Shown: in pieces, positions 30,041-39,637 of the stretch
Layout of the letters: each line of letters opens with the position of its first letter
Position numbering within the stretch: the first letter of the stretch is position 1
From: an uncultured Gemmatimonadota bacterium
GTDB taxonomy: Bacteria > JAAXHH01
Assembly: GCA_951812955.1 (NCBI GenBank)
Contig: OX638340.1
Location: 544,001-608,000 of the forward strand
Length of the DNA stretch: 64,000 nucleotides
Direction of reading: 5' to 3'
Program-made: the position numbers and the translations under genes
The notes under the pieces: model-generated
What the model saw: the letters and a program-made list of their open reading frames with translations, nothing else
Database searches by the model: none
Told to the model about the DNA's origin: nothing

Positions 30041-31225
30041 ATGACACAGGAAGTGGTGGATCCCCTCTACGCCGCTTTGATGTCACCCGGAACGCGTGAC
30101 TATACCCACGGGTTCCTGCCCCCAGAGGATCCGCTTCCCCGCCTGCCCGAGCTTTTCGAGGAATGGGAACAGACCGGCGACGTGTTGCCCAAGCTGGCCC
30201 TGACGCGGCATATCCGCCCCGCGATAGAGGATCTGCCTTCATTCGCGGTCGACCGGCTGGATACCCTCGCAGAGCATGAACGGGCCATGAGTCTGCTGTC
30301 CTTCTTGGCCAACATGTACGTTTTCGCCCCAGATCATCCGGTGGCCACGGCGATCCCCCGGAACCTGGCTCTGGCCTGGCACGGCGTGGCCTGCCGCCTC
30401 GGACGTCCTCCCATGCTGACCTACGCCTCCCAGGTCATGTACAATTGGCGAAGGTTCGACAAGCAAGGCCCCGTCGAAGTCGGCAATCTGCGCATGTTGC
30501 TTAATTTCCTCGGCGGCATGGACGAAGAATGGTTCGTCACCATACACGTGCACATCGAGGCCGTCGCGGGCCGCGCGCTCTCCTTGCTGATCCCCGGCCA
30601 GGAAGCGGTGTTGCGGGGCGAATCGGAAACGATCGCACATTGCCTGGATGCCGTGGCCGAAACGCTACGCGAAATGCGGTCGATCCTGGAGCGGATGACG
30701 GAACGGTGTGATCCGAATACGTACTATCACCGGGTCAGGCCGTACATGTTCGGCTGGAAGAACAACCCTGAATTGCCCGAAGGCATGGTGTATTCGGGCG
30801 TGGAAGCCTACGGCGGCATGCCTCAACAGTTCCGCGGCGAAACCGGGGCGCAGAGCGCGGTCATTTACGCGGTGGACGGGTTTCTCGGTATAGACCACGG
30901 GTACGACGAAATGCGGGCGTACCTGATGGAAATGCGCGACTACATGCCCGTTCAGGACCGCCATTTCATCGAAACGGTGGAAGGCGGACCGTCCGCCAGG
31001 GCGCACGTCCTGGACCGGAAGTCCGACCTGCCGGGGCTGCGGAAATCCTACAACGAAGCCGTGGAAGCCCTTTACGAATTCCGCCGGCTGCACATCGAGT
31101 ACGCTGCGATGTACGTGCTCAAGCCGGGACAAAAGGAATCCAAGGGCCACGTCGGCACCGGCGGCACGCCATTCACGGTATATTTAAAGAAGCACATCGA
31201 CGAAACCCTGGCCCACCGTATCTAG
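30041..31225 (+). CDS. indoleamine 2,3-dioxygenase (IDO)-like haem dioxygenase family protein
   Basis: FRGETGAQSAVIYAVDGFLGI aligns with the IDO GGSAGQSS..F..D..LGI block. FRRLHIEYAAMYV aligns with the proximal-His helix (SYHLQIVTKYI in human IDO1). GGAGGG Shine-Dalgarno sequence. Confidence 0.7.
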   Translation: MTQEVVDPLYAALMSPGTRDYTHGFLPPEDPLPRLPELFEEWEQTGDVLPKLALTRHIRPAIEDLPSFAVDRLDTLAEHERAMSLLSFLANMYVFAPDHPVATAIPRNLALAWHGVACRLGRPPMLTYASQVMYNWRRFDKQGPVEVGNLRMLLNFLGGMDEEWFVTIHVHIEAVAGRALSLLIPGQEAVLRGESETIAHCLDAVAETLREMRSILERMTERCDPNTYYHRVRPYMFGWKNNPELPEGMVYSGVEAYGGMPQQFRGETGAQSAVIYAVDGFLGIDHGYDEMRAYLMEMRDYMPVQDRHFIETVEGGPSARAHVLDRKSDLPGLRKSYNEAVEALYEFRRLHIEYAAMYVLKPGQKESKGHVGTGGTPFTVYLKKHIDETLAHRI

Positions 31226-31312
31226 CCGCACTGTGGTCAAAACAGTTGCCCTTTCGTTCTCTCCGTGTTAAATTGTAGTACCGGTAAAGGCCATATCCAC
31301 AAGGGCTTAGAG

Positions 31313-32569
31313 ATGGCGCGCAAGTTCGATATCCCCAATTTCTACAAAAGCGAGATTACCGCCCGGATCAAGCAGGGCCGGAGACTGGTCGATCCCAAGA
31401 AAAAGGACCTGTCGCCCTCCATTCTGGATTTCGACAGCGTCCGGTTTGTCTTCGCCAGGCATTTCGGTTTCTGCTACGGCGTGGAAAACGCAATCGAAAT
31501 CGTATACAAGACTTTGGAGGAACACCCGGACAAGCGGATTTTCCTGCTCAGCGAGATGATCCACAATCCGAATGTCAACACGGATCTGCAGTCCCGGGGC
31601 ATCCGGTTCATTCATACCACCCTGGGCGAACAGCTTATTCCCTGGGACGAATTGACCCCCGATGACCTGGTCGTCGTTCCCGCGTTCGGCACTACGGTGG
31701 AAATCAAGGAGATGCTGACTCGCCGGGGGATCGATTTCTGCACCTACGATACGACCTGTCCCTTCGTCGAGAAGGTCTGGACCCGGGGCGGACAGATCGG
31801 CCAACAGGGATTTACGGTCGTCATTCACGGGAAACCCCGGCACGAAGAGACGCGCGCGACCTTCTCCCACAGTGTCCAGCAGGCCCCGACCGTCGTGGTG
31901 CGTAACCGGGAGGAGACCCGTCTCCTTGCCGATATCATCACGGGGAGATCAACCCGGGACCGGTTTTTCGAAGTATTCGGCGAAAACTGCTCGAAGGGAT
32001 TCGATCCTGATATTCATCTGAACCGGGTCGGCGTAATCAACCAGACTACCATGCTCGCCAGCGAGACGCATGAAATCGCGCGGTTAATCAGAGAAGCGCT
32101 GGAGGTACGGCATGGCACCGAACTTATATCCGATCATTTCGCCGATACCTCGGATACCCTGTGCTACGCCAGCAACGAAAATCAGAATGCCACATACGCC
32201 ATGATTGACAAGGGGGCTGACGTCGCCCTTGTCGTCGGGGGCTACAACTCGTCCAACACTTCTCATCTCGTAGAGCTTTGCGGGGAAACGATCAGCACCT
32301 TCTTCATCAACAGCAGCAAAGACATCCTCTCCGACAGGCAGATCCGCCACTTCGACCTGGAATCCAAGTCGATCCTCGCCACCATTGACTGGCTCCCGGC
32401 CGCCCGGCCCGTGGACATCATCCTGACCTGCGGCGCTTCGTGTCCCGATATCATGCTGGACAACGTGCTGCTGCGCATTCTTTCATTCTTTCCCAATGCA
32501 CCGCCGGTAGCGGAAGTCCTTGCCGATTACGAAAACACCGTACGGAAGCCGGTGGTTGCAGAATCGTGA
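31313..32569 (+). CDS. ispH: 4-hydroxy-3-methylbut-2-enyl diphosphate reductase, long form with insertions
   Basis: All three cluster Cys present (GFCYGV, DTTCPFV, LCYASNENQ). Also HGKPRHEETRAT, INQTT, VVGGYNSSNTSHL and TCGASCPD blocks. About 100 aa longer than E. coli IspH. Confidence 0.88.
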   Translation: MARKFDIPNFYKSEITARIKQGRRLVDPKKKDLSPSILDFDSVRFVFARHFGFCYGVENAIEIVYKTLEEHPDKRIFLLSEMIHNPNVNTDLQSRGIRFIHTTLGEQLIPWDELTPDDLVVVPAFGTTVEIKEMLTRRGIDFCTYDTTCPFVEKVWTRGGQIGQQGFTVVIHGKPRHEETRATFSHSVQQAPTVVVRNREETRLLADIITGRSTRDRFFEVFGENCSKGFDPDIHLNRVGVINQTTMLASETHEIARLIREALEVRHGTELISDHFADTSDTLCYASNENQNATYAMIDKGADVALVVGGYNSSNTSHLVELCGETISTFFINSSKDILSDRQIRHFDLESKSILATIDWLPAARPVDIILTCGASCPDIMLDNVLLRILSFFPNAPPVAEVLADYENTVRKPVVAES

Positions 32570-32675
32570 ACTGGCCGCCGTCCCTTGAACGGCGGCGTGG
32601 CGGAAGATCGCCTTGTGCCCGGTCGCCCGTACATTCGAGACACACTCGAGACACATTTCACTACAGGGGAGTTTC

Positions 32676-33542
32676 ATGCAGATCGGGGTGAGTTCATACA
32701 GTTACAGCAGATTGATCCGAAGCGGTGCGATGACGGAATTCGACGCGGTCCGCCAGACGGCGGAACTCGGATTCGACGTGATCGAATTCTCCTCACTGAA
32801 CCCGCCCGGGAACCAGTCATTCGAGGAGTATGCCCCTGAGATACGCGCGGCCTGCGACGAGGCGGGTCTGCCCATCGCCAACTACACGGTCGGAGCGGAT
32901 TTCATCAACGGAAGCGAAGGAAACCGGGACGTCGAGGTTGAACGGGTGAAGGACGAGGTGCGTATCGCCCACTTGCTCGGTGCACCCGGCATGCGCCACG
33001 ACGCCACCCGGGGGTTTCCTGGAAGCCGTCCCGGCGAACGATCATTCGACGACGCCCTTGCCATCCTCGTGCCGGCGATCCGGGCGGTCACGGAGTTTGC
33101 CGAGGACCTGGGTGTCCGTACCATGGTGGAGAATCACGGGTTGTTCTGCCAGGACAGCGATCGCGTGGAGAAACTGGTCAATGCGGTAAATCACGAGAAC
33201 TTCGGTGTGCTCATCGACATGGGCAATTTCCTGTGCGTGGATGAACAGCCTGACATCGCCGTGGGACGTTTGATTCCGTACGCTTTTCACGTCCACGCCA
33301 AGGACTTCCACACCAAGCCGGGCACGGCGCCCGATCCCGGCGAGGGATGGTTCCGAACGCGGGGGGGCAACTATCTGAAGGGTGCTGTCGTCGGCCACGG
33401 CGAAGTACCCCTGACTTCGTGTCTGCAGGTGCTATCGCGGCACGGGTACGATGGCGTGCTTTCCATCGAATTCGAAGGCATGGAATATCCCGTCGACGGC
33501 GTTCGCATCGGGCTCGAAAACCTCAAGCGCTATCTGGGCTGA
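32676..33542 (+). CDS. sugar phosphate isomerase/epimerase (xylose-isomerase-like TIM barrel)
   Basis: AP-endonuclease-2/XylA-like TIM barrel with metal ligands in VENHG, DMGNF and HAKD. Start at MQIGVS with an AGGGGAG Shine-Dalgarno sequence. The longest ORF begins at 32613. Confidence 0.8.
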   Translation: MQIGVSSYSYSRLIRSGAMTEFDAVRQTAELGFDVIEFSSLNPPGNQSFEEYAPEIRAACDEAGLPIANYTVGADFINGSEGNRDVEVERVKDEVRIAHLLGAPGMRHDATRGFPGSRPGERSFDDALAILVPAIRAVTEFAEDLGVRTMVENHGLFCQDSDRVEKLVNAVNHENFGVLIDMGNFLCVDEQPDIAVGRLIPYAFHVHAKDFHTKPGTAPDPGEGWFRTRGGNYLKGAVVGHGEVPLTSCLQVLSRHGYDGVLSIEFEGMEYPVDGVRIGLENLKRYLG

Positions 33543-33572
33543 GGATCAGACCGGACAGCTGCTCCGCGTTTC

Positions 33573-34538
33573 TTATCCGAGCCGGACGACCTCGCCCGTC
33601 TCCATGGATTCATTCGCTGCAAGCGTGACCGCCAGACTGTCGACCACGTCTCCGTAAGCCGACCGGATCAGAGACGGATTCTCTTCTTCGACGGCCTGCA
33701 GGAAGAGTTCGTTCTCGAGCTGGTAGGGGTTGTTCCGGCCCGGGTACCTTACCGTTTCATCTTCCCTTACGACCACGAGTTCTCCCCGCACGATCTCGAC
33801 CGTCAATCCGCGGGCGATGACCTGGAGTCCGGTGCCATACCCCTGTTCGGCGACACAGGACGAGAGAATCGTGGCCACGGCGCCGCTCGCGAAGGTAAGC
33901 GATACGGTGCTGGCATCCTCCACGTCGTAATTTTGCAGGTCTTCCATAAGGCCCTTCGTACCCGCGGCGTATACGCTGACCACGTCGCCCATGAGATACC
34001 GCGCGCAGTCGTACACGTGCGTGGTCTGTTCCACGATCTGTCCACCTGACTTGGATTTTACGCGCCACCAGGGTGAGCCGGGCGTGTTGCCGATCCAGTA
34101 TCCATAGGCCAGGGCCGGGCGAACGCCGGACAACAGCTCCCGTGCCTTCTGCGTTACGTCGAGGTACCGCCAGTTGTATCCGACGCAGGAGAGCACCCCG
34201 CTTTCCTCGACCTTCGCCGCGATAACCCGCGCGGTATCCATGTCCAGCGCCTGCGGTTTCTCGACGAACAGGTGGAGGTTGCGTTCCAGCACGGCCAACT
34301 CGGGCTCGCCATGGGCGAAGGGCGGGAGGCATACGTACACGGCATCCAGCTCTTCCCTGTCCAGCATCTCACGGTAGTCGCCGTATGCGCGACCGCCGCA
34401 CCGGTCAGCCGCCGCCTGCGCGCGATCGATAGAGATATCCGCGTACGCCACGAGTTCGGCCCGATCGATATCCGGCAAGAGCCCCAGATGCATGCCCGCT
34501 ATGCCGCCGGTTCCTATAAAACCAATACGAACGCCCAT
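33573..34538 (-). CDS. Gfo/Idh/MocA-family oxidoreductase
   Basis: Rossmann motif IGFIGTGGIAGMH. EKP motif (LFVEKPQA). Start at MGVRIGF with a GGAGG Shine-Dalgarno sequence. The longest ORF extends to 34637. Confidence 0.85.
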   Translation of the reverse strand: MGVRIGFIGTGGIAGMHLGLLPDIDRAELVAYADISIDRAQAAADRCGGRAYGDYREMLDREELDAVYVCLPPFAHGEPELAVLERNLHLFVEKPQALDMDTARVIAAKVEESGVLSCVGYNWRYLDVTQKARELLSGVRPALAYGYWIGNTPGSPWWRVKSKSGGQIVEQTTHVYDCARYLMGDVVSVYAAGTKGLMEDLQNYDVEDASTVSLTFASGAVATILSSCVAEQGYGTGLQVIARGLTVEIVRGELVVVREDETVRYPGRNNPYQLENELFLQAVEEENPSLIRSAYGDVVDSLAVTLAANESMETGEVVRLG

Positions 34539-34614
34539 GTGCAGTCCTCCGCTGTTTCTGGTACGTGAAACCCTGGATGACCGGTCATACCCACCGCCGT
34601 TCATCCTTAAAAAG

Positions 34615-36369
34615 TCACTGTTCCCTCTTTGCGACAATCATCGTCGTGTCGTCGTCCTGGCTGTCGCCACCCACGAAGGCGCGCCACACTTCGATCACGT
34701 GGTCCCGGATCTCCTCGACCGTGCATGAATGGCAGTCCTTGATCGCCTGCTCCAGCCGGTCGATTCCGAAGATCTCGTCCCTGTCGTTGGATTTCTCGAT
34801 GAGACCATCGGAATACAGGACCACGACATCGCCTTCGTCCAGGTACACGCGTCCGTCCTCGAAACTCGCGTAGTCGAAGGAACCCACGATCAGGCCCCCG
34901 GTGTAAAGGTTGACCGTTTCGCCGGATTTCCTGCACAGCAAGGGCGGCGGATGGCCGGCATTGCAGTAGACGAAGGTGTTTTCCTGCAGGTTCGCGATGC
35001 CGTAGAACAGGGTGGCGAACCGGTCCGCGGACGTGACCTCGTACAGGACCTCGTTGACGTGCCCGATTACGTAACTCGGCAGGTATACGTAGTAATTGGC
35101 AAATTCGTGGAATGACGTGTAGAGCGAAGCCATGGTCAGCGCGGCGGGAATGCCCTTGCCGACCACGTCGCCCACGGCTAGGCCCAGTTGCTTGTCCGAA
35201 AAGGGAATGAAATCGTAGAAGTCGCCCCCGACCTCCCTGCTGGGCTCGCTGAATACGGCCAGGGAAAGGCCGGGCACTTCAGGCACGGCGCGCGGCAAAA
35301 GGGCGCGCTGGATCTCACCGGCGACCTCCAGCTCCCTGTCCAGCAACCGGCTTCGGCGCGCGTCCTCGAACAGGCGCGCGTTCTGTATAGCGATACTTGC
35401 CTGGGAAGCGAAGGCTTCGAGCAGGAACTGGGCTTCCTCGTTGTAAGCGTTTGCCTCGTCGTTTTCGATGTTGAAGACCCCGATCACCTGATCTCCTGAA
35501 AGTATAGGCACGGCCATCTCCGATTTGGTGCCCGGCCGGTGTTGCACGTACCGGTCGTCCCGGGACACGTCCGACACGATGATCGCCCGGCCGGTCTCGG
35601 CCGCTGATCCGCTGATGCCTTCGCCCATTTTCAGGTTGATCGCGTCCAGATCCGGCGAATATCCCCTGATGGTCCGTTCGACCACCGCGTTCCGGTCTTT
35701 GTCGAGAAGAAAGATGGCCGCTGCGTCGTAGGGCACCACGGTCTGCAGCGCATCGATGATCAGGTTCAGCACCTCGCTCAGATCCAGCGAACTGCTAATC
35801 CGCTTTCCCACCTCGTACAGGGCGGTTCGGTGAATCATCTGCTGACGGGCCAGCTTGAAATGCAAAAGGCGCGTGACCGAGTAGCCCGCGTGGCGCGCCA
35901 GAGAAATGGTGACTTCAAGGCGTTCGGAATCAAATTCGGTCTCGCCGGAATCCATGACCGCCAGCAGTACGCAGTGAAACCGGACGTCGATCTGGTGATG
36001 AAACAACACGGCATGGCCGGAGAGGGCATTCCGGTCAGTCATGGCATGCAGGGGCCAGTCCAATTGCTGCACGTCCTCGATCAACCGGGTACTCGGCTGC
36101 GGTCGCAGCCAGGACAGCAATAATTCGACTTCCCGCTCCTCAATGGGTTGGAAAAACCCGCATCCTGCAGTTTCGAAGACGATCCGATTCGAGTCACAGT
36201 CCACCATGAAGAATCGGCAGACTTCCGCGCCGGACAGCTCCAGCGTGATTTCTTCGATGGCGGCGGACAGGTCGGCTTCGTCCGTTGCGGCCGTCATCCG
36301 GGTCAGGCCCTCGACCACGCGGTGCCACAGGATGTCCGATCGCGCTTCTACGATATTTGGTTCCAGCAT
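34615..36369 (-). CDS. GAF-GAF-PP2C serine phosphatase (SpoIIE/RsbU-like)
   Basis: Two GAF-like regions followed by a PP2C domain with metal-binding Asp residues (GGDFYDF, DGLIE, GDSQDDDTTMIV). Confidence 0.85.
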   Translation of the reverse strand: MLEPNIVEARSDILWHRVVEGLTRMTAATDEADLSAAIEEITLELSGAEVCRFFMVDCDSNRIVFETAGCGFFQPIEEREVELLLSWLRPQPSTRLIEDVQQLDWPLHAMTDRNALSGHAVLFHHQIDVRFHCVLLAVMDSGETEFDSERLEVTISLARHAGYSVTRLLHFKLARQQMIHRTALYEVGKRISSSLDLSEVLNLIIDALQTVVPYDAAAIFLLDKDRNAVVERTIRGYSPDLDAINLKMGEGISGSAAETGRAIIVSDVSRDDRYVQHRPGTKSEMAVPILSGDQVIGVFNIENDEANAYNEEAQFLLEAFASQASIAIQNARLFEDARRSRLLDRELEVAGEIQRALLPRAVPEVPGLSLAVFSEPSREVGGDFYDFIPFSDKQLGLAVGDVVGKGIPAALTMASLYTSFHEFANYYVYLPSYVIGHVNEVLYEVTSADRFATLFYGIANLQENTFVYCNAGHPPPLLCRKSGETVNLYTGGLIVGSFDYASFEDGRVYLDEGDVVVLYSDGLIEKSNDRDEIFGIDRLEQAIKDCHSCTVEEIRDHVIEVWRAFVGGDSQDDDTTMIVAKREQ

Positions 36370-36441
36370 GGGATGTAGGTGCTGTGTGCCCCGAGTCAGC
36401 GGGCGGTTTCCGGACCTTCTGGTTCGATCGGGGTCGATCGA

Positions 36442-37440
36442 TCAGATGCGGTCCGACAGTAAGGCGACAGCCTGTTGCATGTCGTCAGGCACAGGCGCGC
36501 TAAAGGTATGGGTCCGGCCCGAGTAGGGATGAATAAACTCCAGTTCGGATGCATGTAGCGCTTGCCGCTTCAGGATATCCAGCATCATGCGCAACCGGGG
36601 ACGGCGCCGTGGCGCAATACGGGCCAGCCGTTTGATCCTTCCCCCGTAGACAGGATCCCCGATGACGGGATGGCCCAGATGGGCAAGGTGGACCCTGATC
36701 TGGTGGGTACGGCCGGTTTCCAGCGCCAGGGCCAGCAACGTCCCGTCCTCCATGGAATCACGTACCCGGAAGTGGGTTACGGCCCGGCGGCCTCGGTCCT
36801 CTTCCACTACGGCCATCCGTTGTCTGTACCGTGGATGCCTGCCGATCGGCGCGTCTACCGTACCCGAAGACTCGGCGAACTGGCCCCACACCAGCCCGGT
36901 ATATCCGCGCTTGATGCGGCGCTCGGCCAGTTGGCGGGAAAGAAACGCATGGGCGTCTTCGCGTTTCGCTACGATCATCAGGCCGGACGTATCCTTGTCC
37001 AGACGATGCACGATTCCGGGCCGGACGGGATCGTCAAACCACTTCAGACTCTTGCAGTGGTGCAGCAACGCATTTACCAGCGTAGAACGCGAATGTCCAT
37101 ACGCGGGATGTACGACCATTCCCGCCGCCTTGTTCACAACCAGGAACGCTTCGTCTTCATAGACGATGTCCAGCGGGATGGACTCCGGTTCCACGGTAGA
37201 AGGAGGGGGATCTGGAACGGTCACGATGACGACGTCGCCTTCGCAAACACCGTGTCCACACTTCTCGACGACGATCGAGTTGACCGAAACCGCACCGGCC
37301 CGTATCCAGCGCTGAATCTTCGACCGGGTTACCGGCAGGTCCGTATCCGAAAGATACTGGTCCAGTCGCCTCTGGGACTGCGCGGCGGGCACCACGGTCT
37401 CAACGATGGATCCCTCGCTGTCATCCGGAAGGCGCTTCAT
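36442..37440 (-). CDS. rluD: 23S rRNA pseudouridine synthase, RluA family with N-terminal S4 domain (RluD-like)
   Basis: S4 domain RRLDQYL. Catalytic HRLDKDTSG motif. Confidence 0.9.
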   Translation of the reverse strand: MKRLPDDSEGSIVETVVPAAQSQRRLDQYLSDTDLPVTRSKIQRWIRAGAVSVNSIVVEKCGHGVCEGDVVIVTVPDPPPSTVEPESIPLDIVYEDEAFLVVNKAAGMVVHPAYGHSRSTLVNALLHHCKSLKWFDDPVRPGIVHRLDKDTSGLMIVAKREDAHAFLSRQLAERRIKRGYTGLVWGQFAESSGTVDAPIGRHPRYRQRMAVVEEDRGRRAVTHFRVRDSMEDGTLLALALETGRTHQIRVHLAHLGHPVIGDPVYGGRIKRLARIAPRRRPRLRMMLDILKRQALHASELEFIHPYSGRTHTFSAPVPDDMQQAVALLSDRI

Positions 37441-37897
37441 CGTTCAAGATCCGGTTGATCGCGGGCAGCCGGGTGAACAGCAGGATGATTCCGATGGTAA
37501 TGGCAGTGTCCGCCACGTTGAATACGGGCCATCGGTACGCTCCCATCCCGATATCTATGAAATCCGTGACCTCGCCATAGAGCGCGCGATCGATCAGGTT
37601 GCCAAAGGCGCCGCCCAGGATACCCATCATGGCATAACGGCCCCACCGCTCGGCGGATGGAAGCCTTATAAGGTAATAGAGCATGACCACACAGGCAATG
37701 ACCGACAGAACCAGGTAGATCCATCGGCCGCCCAGCGTGATTCCGAACGCGGCCCCGGGATTCCGTATGTAGGTTAACTGGACCATTTCCCCAAGGAGGG
37801 GATAGGACTGGTGCAGCGCCATCCCCTGCTGAACGGCGATCTTGGTAATCTGGTCCAGGATCAGGATGACGGCGCAGACGACGGCCGGCTTTGTCAA
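37421..37897 (-). CDS. lspA: lipoprotein signal peptidase II
   Basis: 158 aa with 4 TM segments. Conserved NxGAAFG and FNVAD motifs. 20-bp overlap with rluD. Confidence 0.9.
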   Translation of the reverse strand: MTKPAVVCAVILILDQITKIAVQQGMALHQSYPLLGEMVQLTYIRNPGAAFGITLGGRWIYLVLSVIACVVMLYYLIRLPSAERWGRYAMMGILGGAFGNLIDRALYGEVTDFIDIGMGAYRWPVFNVADTAITIGIILLFTRLPAINRILNDEAPSG

Positions 37898-37916
37898 TGC
37901 TTGCAGTCTGGAGATG

Positions 37917-38291
37917 TTAGATCAGACCTCGTTCTTCTTTGGATTTACACTCAATGCACATCCGGGCGTGGGGTACGGCCTCGAGCCGCGCCTTGCCGAT
38001 ATCACTGTTACACACGTAGCAAAGGCCGTAGGCGCCGTTCTTGATTCGCTCCAGGGCTTCGTCGATATGAAACAGGAATCTGCCCTCCCGGGAGGCGAGA
38101 TCATAGGCCTGTTCCTGCTCCATGGACTCGGTGCCCTGGTCTGCCGGGTGTTCCGAGAAAGGATAGCTGCCCGCGACATCGCGCGCAGCGGAATTAATCG
38201 TCTTGTCACCGAAATAGCCCAGCTCATGCAACAGGGTTTCACGTTTCTCGAGCAGGAGCTTTTCGAATCGTTTCAAATCTGCACCCGTCAT
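37917..38291 (-). CDS. DksA/TraR-family C4 zinc-finger regulator
   Basis: C-terminal CxxC-N17-CxxC (CYVCNSD...CIECK). Coiled-coil N-terminus. Start at MTGADLK with a GGAGG Shine-Dalgarno sequence. This start overlaps the upstream phosphorylase gene by about 53 nt. The longest ORF begins at 38411. Confidence 0.7.
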   Translation of the reverse strand: MTGADLKRFEKLLLEKRETLLHELGYFGDKTINSAARDVAGSYPFSEHPADQGTESMEQEQAYDLASREGRFLFHIDEALERIKNGAYGLCYVCNSDIGKARLEAVPHARMCIECKSKEERGLI

Positions 38292-39063
38292 CCATACCTC
38301 CACGACAAAGAAGACATTGATTGATGATTTCCGCCAGCCTTCCGTATACCTCACTTTGCGCGGGTATCGACGAAAATAAGGCATTTCCGTCGACCGGCCA
38401 ACACTTTTCAACGACCCCCACCGCGGCGACCGGCAAACCGCAATGCACGGCCGCGATCACTTCATCCAGCAATCCTTCGCCGACCACATCTATACCCGCA
38501 TCGATACCCGACTGCAACCACGTAGATGGATCGTCACCGGCCGTGGACCCGCCGATCCGGCCATACACAACGCTCCGCAAGTCAAGGCCCATCGATGCCG
38601 CACCGCGCTTCAGCCTGAACGACCAGAGCGCGTCATAAGGTTCGCTCATGTCGGGATAACGCGGACCCAGCCGTTCGTCGTTGGGGCCCCGCAGCGGGCT
38701 CTCACCTGTGCAGTTTACGTGATCGCCCACAAGCACGTAAGAACCGGCTTCGTATTCGTTATTCAGTGCGGTACAGCCTGCCGCGATTACCAGGCTCTCT
38801 GCGCGCAATATACGCAGGACCCGCACCGCATCGATTCTGCGTTCCGGTTCCACGTCGAATCCAAGGAAGGGAAGCACCACCGGTCCAGCCCGGTATACAG
38901 TCTCAAAGGGCGACCAGGATCCGGACGTCTTCATTTCCTTCCAGTTAAAGGCATGCGATGATTCACGGGGAAGCATCAGACCGACAATTCTGTTGCCCCG
39001 CAGTTGTTCTTCCATCCTGCCGGCCAGCATAGTAATTCGGTCGTAGGTCATCCTGCTGCGCAA
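38239..39063 (-). CDS. purine nucleoside phosphorylase (PNP/MTAP family 2, trimeric type)
   Basis: Family-typical block VLVGDHVNCTGESPLRGPNDERLGPRYPDMSEPYD. Confidence 0.8.
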   Translation of the reverse strand: MRSRMTYDRITMLAGRMEEQLRGNRIVGLMLPRESSHAFNWKEMKTSGSWSPFETVYRAGPVVLPFLGFDVEPERRIDAVRVLRILRAESLVIAAGCTALNNEYEAGSYVLVGDHVNCTGESPLRGPNDERLGPRYPDMSEPYDALWSFRLKRGAASMGLDLRSVVYGRIGGSTAGDDPSTWLQSGIDAGIDVVGEGLLDEVIAAVHCGLPVAAVGVVEKCWPVDGNALFSSIPAQSEVYGRLAEIINQCLLCRGGMDDGCRFETIRKAPARET

Positions 39064-39087
39064 GTCAGCCCCTGGATATCGAGTGAA

Positions 39088-39606
39088 TCACGGAACTCGG
39101 CCCGATTGGGACTGCGGACCGGGTTCCAGCGTCTGGTTCTCGCCGCTTTCTTTCTTCATGCTCAGCATGGTGTCGAGCTGTTCCTGGTGAGATTCGAGCA
39201 GAATCCGGAATTTAACCTCGTAGTCTTTTCTCAAGGAAGTGAGCTCACGGAGTTCCCGTTTGATTTCGGTGACCTGGTTATTCGCGTCGGATATCCAGCG
39301 GTCCGCCTGGTTTTCCGCTTCCTTCAACACGTTCTCCGCTTCCTTCATGGCATTGGCTTTCATGTCGTGAATGACCCGCTGCGCCGACACCAGGGCGTCT
39401 TCGAGCAGTTTCCGCCGCCTGCCGACATCGGATAGCTCGTGATCCATCTTCGCCACCTGGCCGCGCAACGTTTCATTGTCCCTGACCAGTATTTCGAGCG
39501 CGGCGGCGGTAGAATTCAGAAACGCCTCCACTTCATCCATATCATATCCACTGACCCAACGTGTCTTGAATTTCTGACTCCGTATTTCATCGGGATTGAT
39601 GTCCAT
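39088..39606 (-). CDS. divIVA: DivIVA-domain cell-division protein
   Basis: N-terminus DEIRSQKFKTRWVSGYDMDEVEAFL is the canonical DivIVA lipid-binding domain. Coiled-coil remainder. Confidence 0.85.
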   Translation of the reverse strand: MDINPDEIRSQKFKTRWVSGYDMDEVEAFLNSTAAALEILVRDNETLRGQVAKMDHELSDVGRRRKLLEDALVSAQRVIHDMKANAMKEAENVLKEAENQADRWISDANNQVTEIKRELRELTSLRKDYEVKFRILLESHQEQLDTMLSMKKESGENQTLEPGPQSQSGRVP

Positions 39607-39637
39607 GTATCACCTCTATTTCTAGTTCGCGCTCCGG

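Noticed and set aside
31265-31312. Upstream 16 codons of the ispH track ORF (MLNCSTGKGHIHKGLE)
   Set aside because: No Shine-Dalgarno sequence. The conserved IspH N-terminus begins at the internal ATG at 31313.
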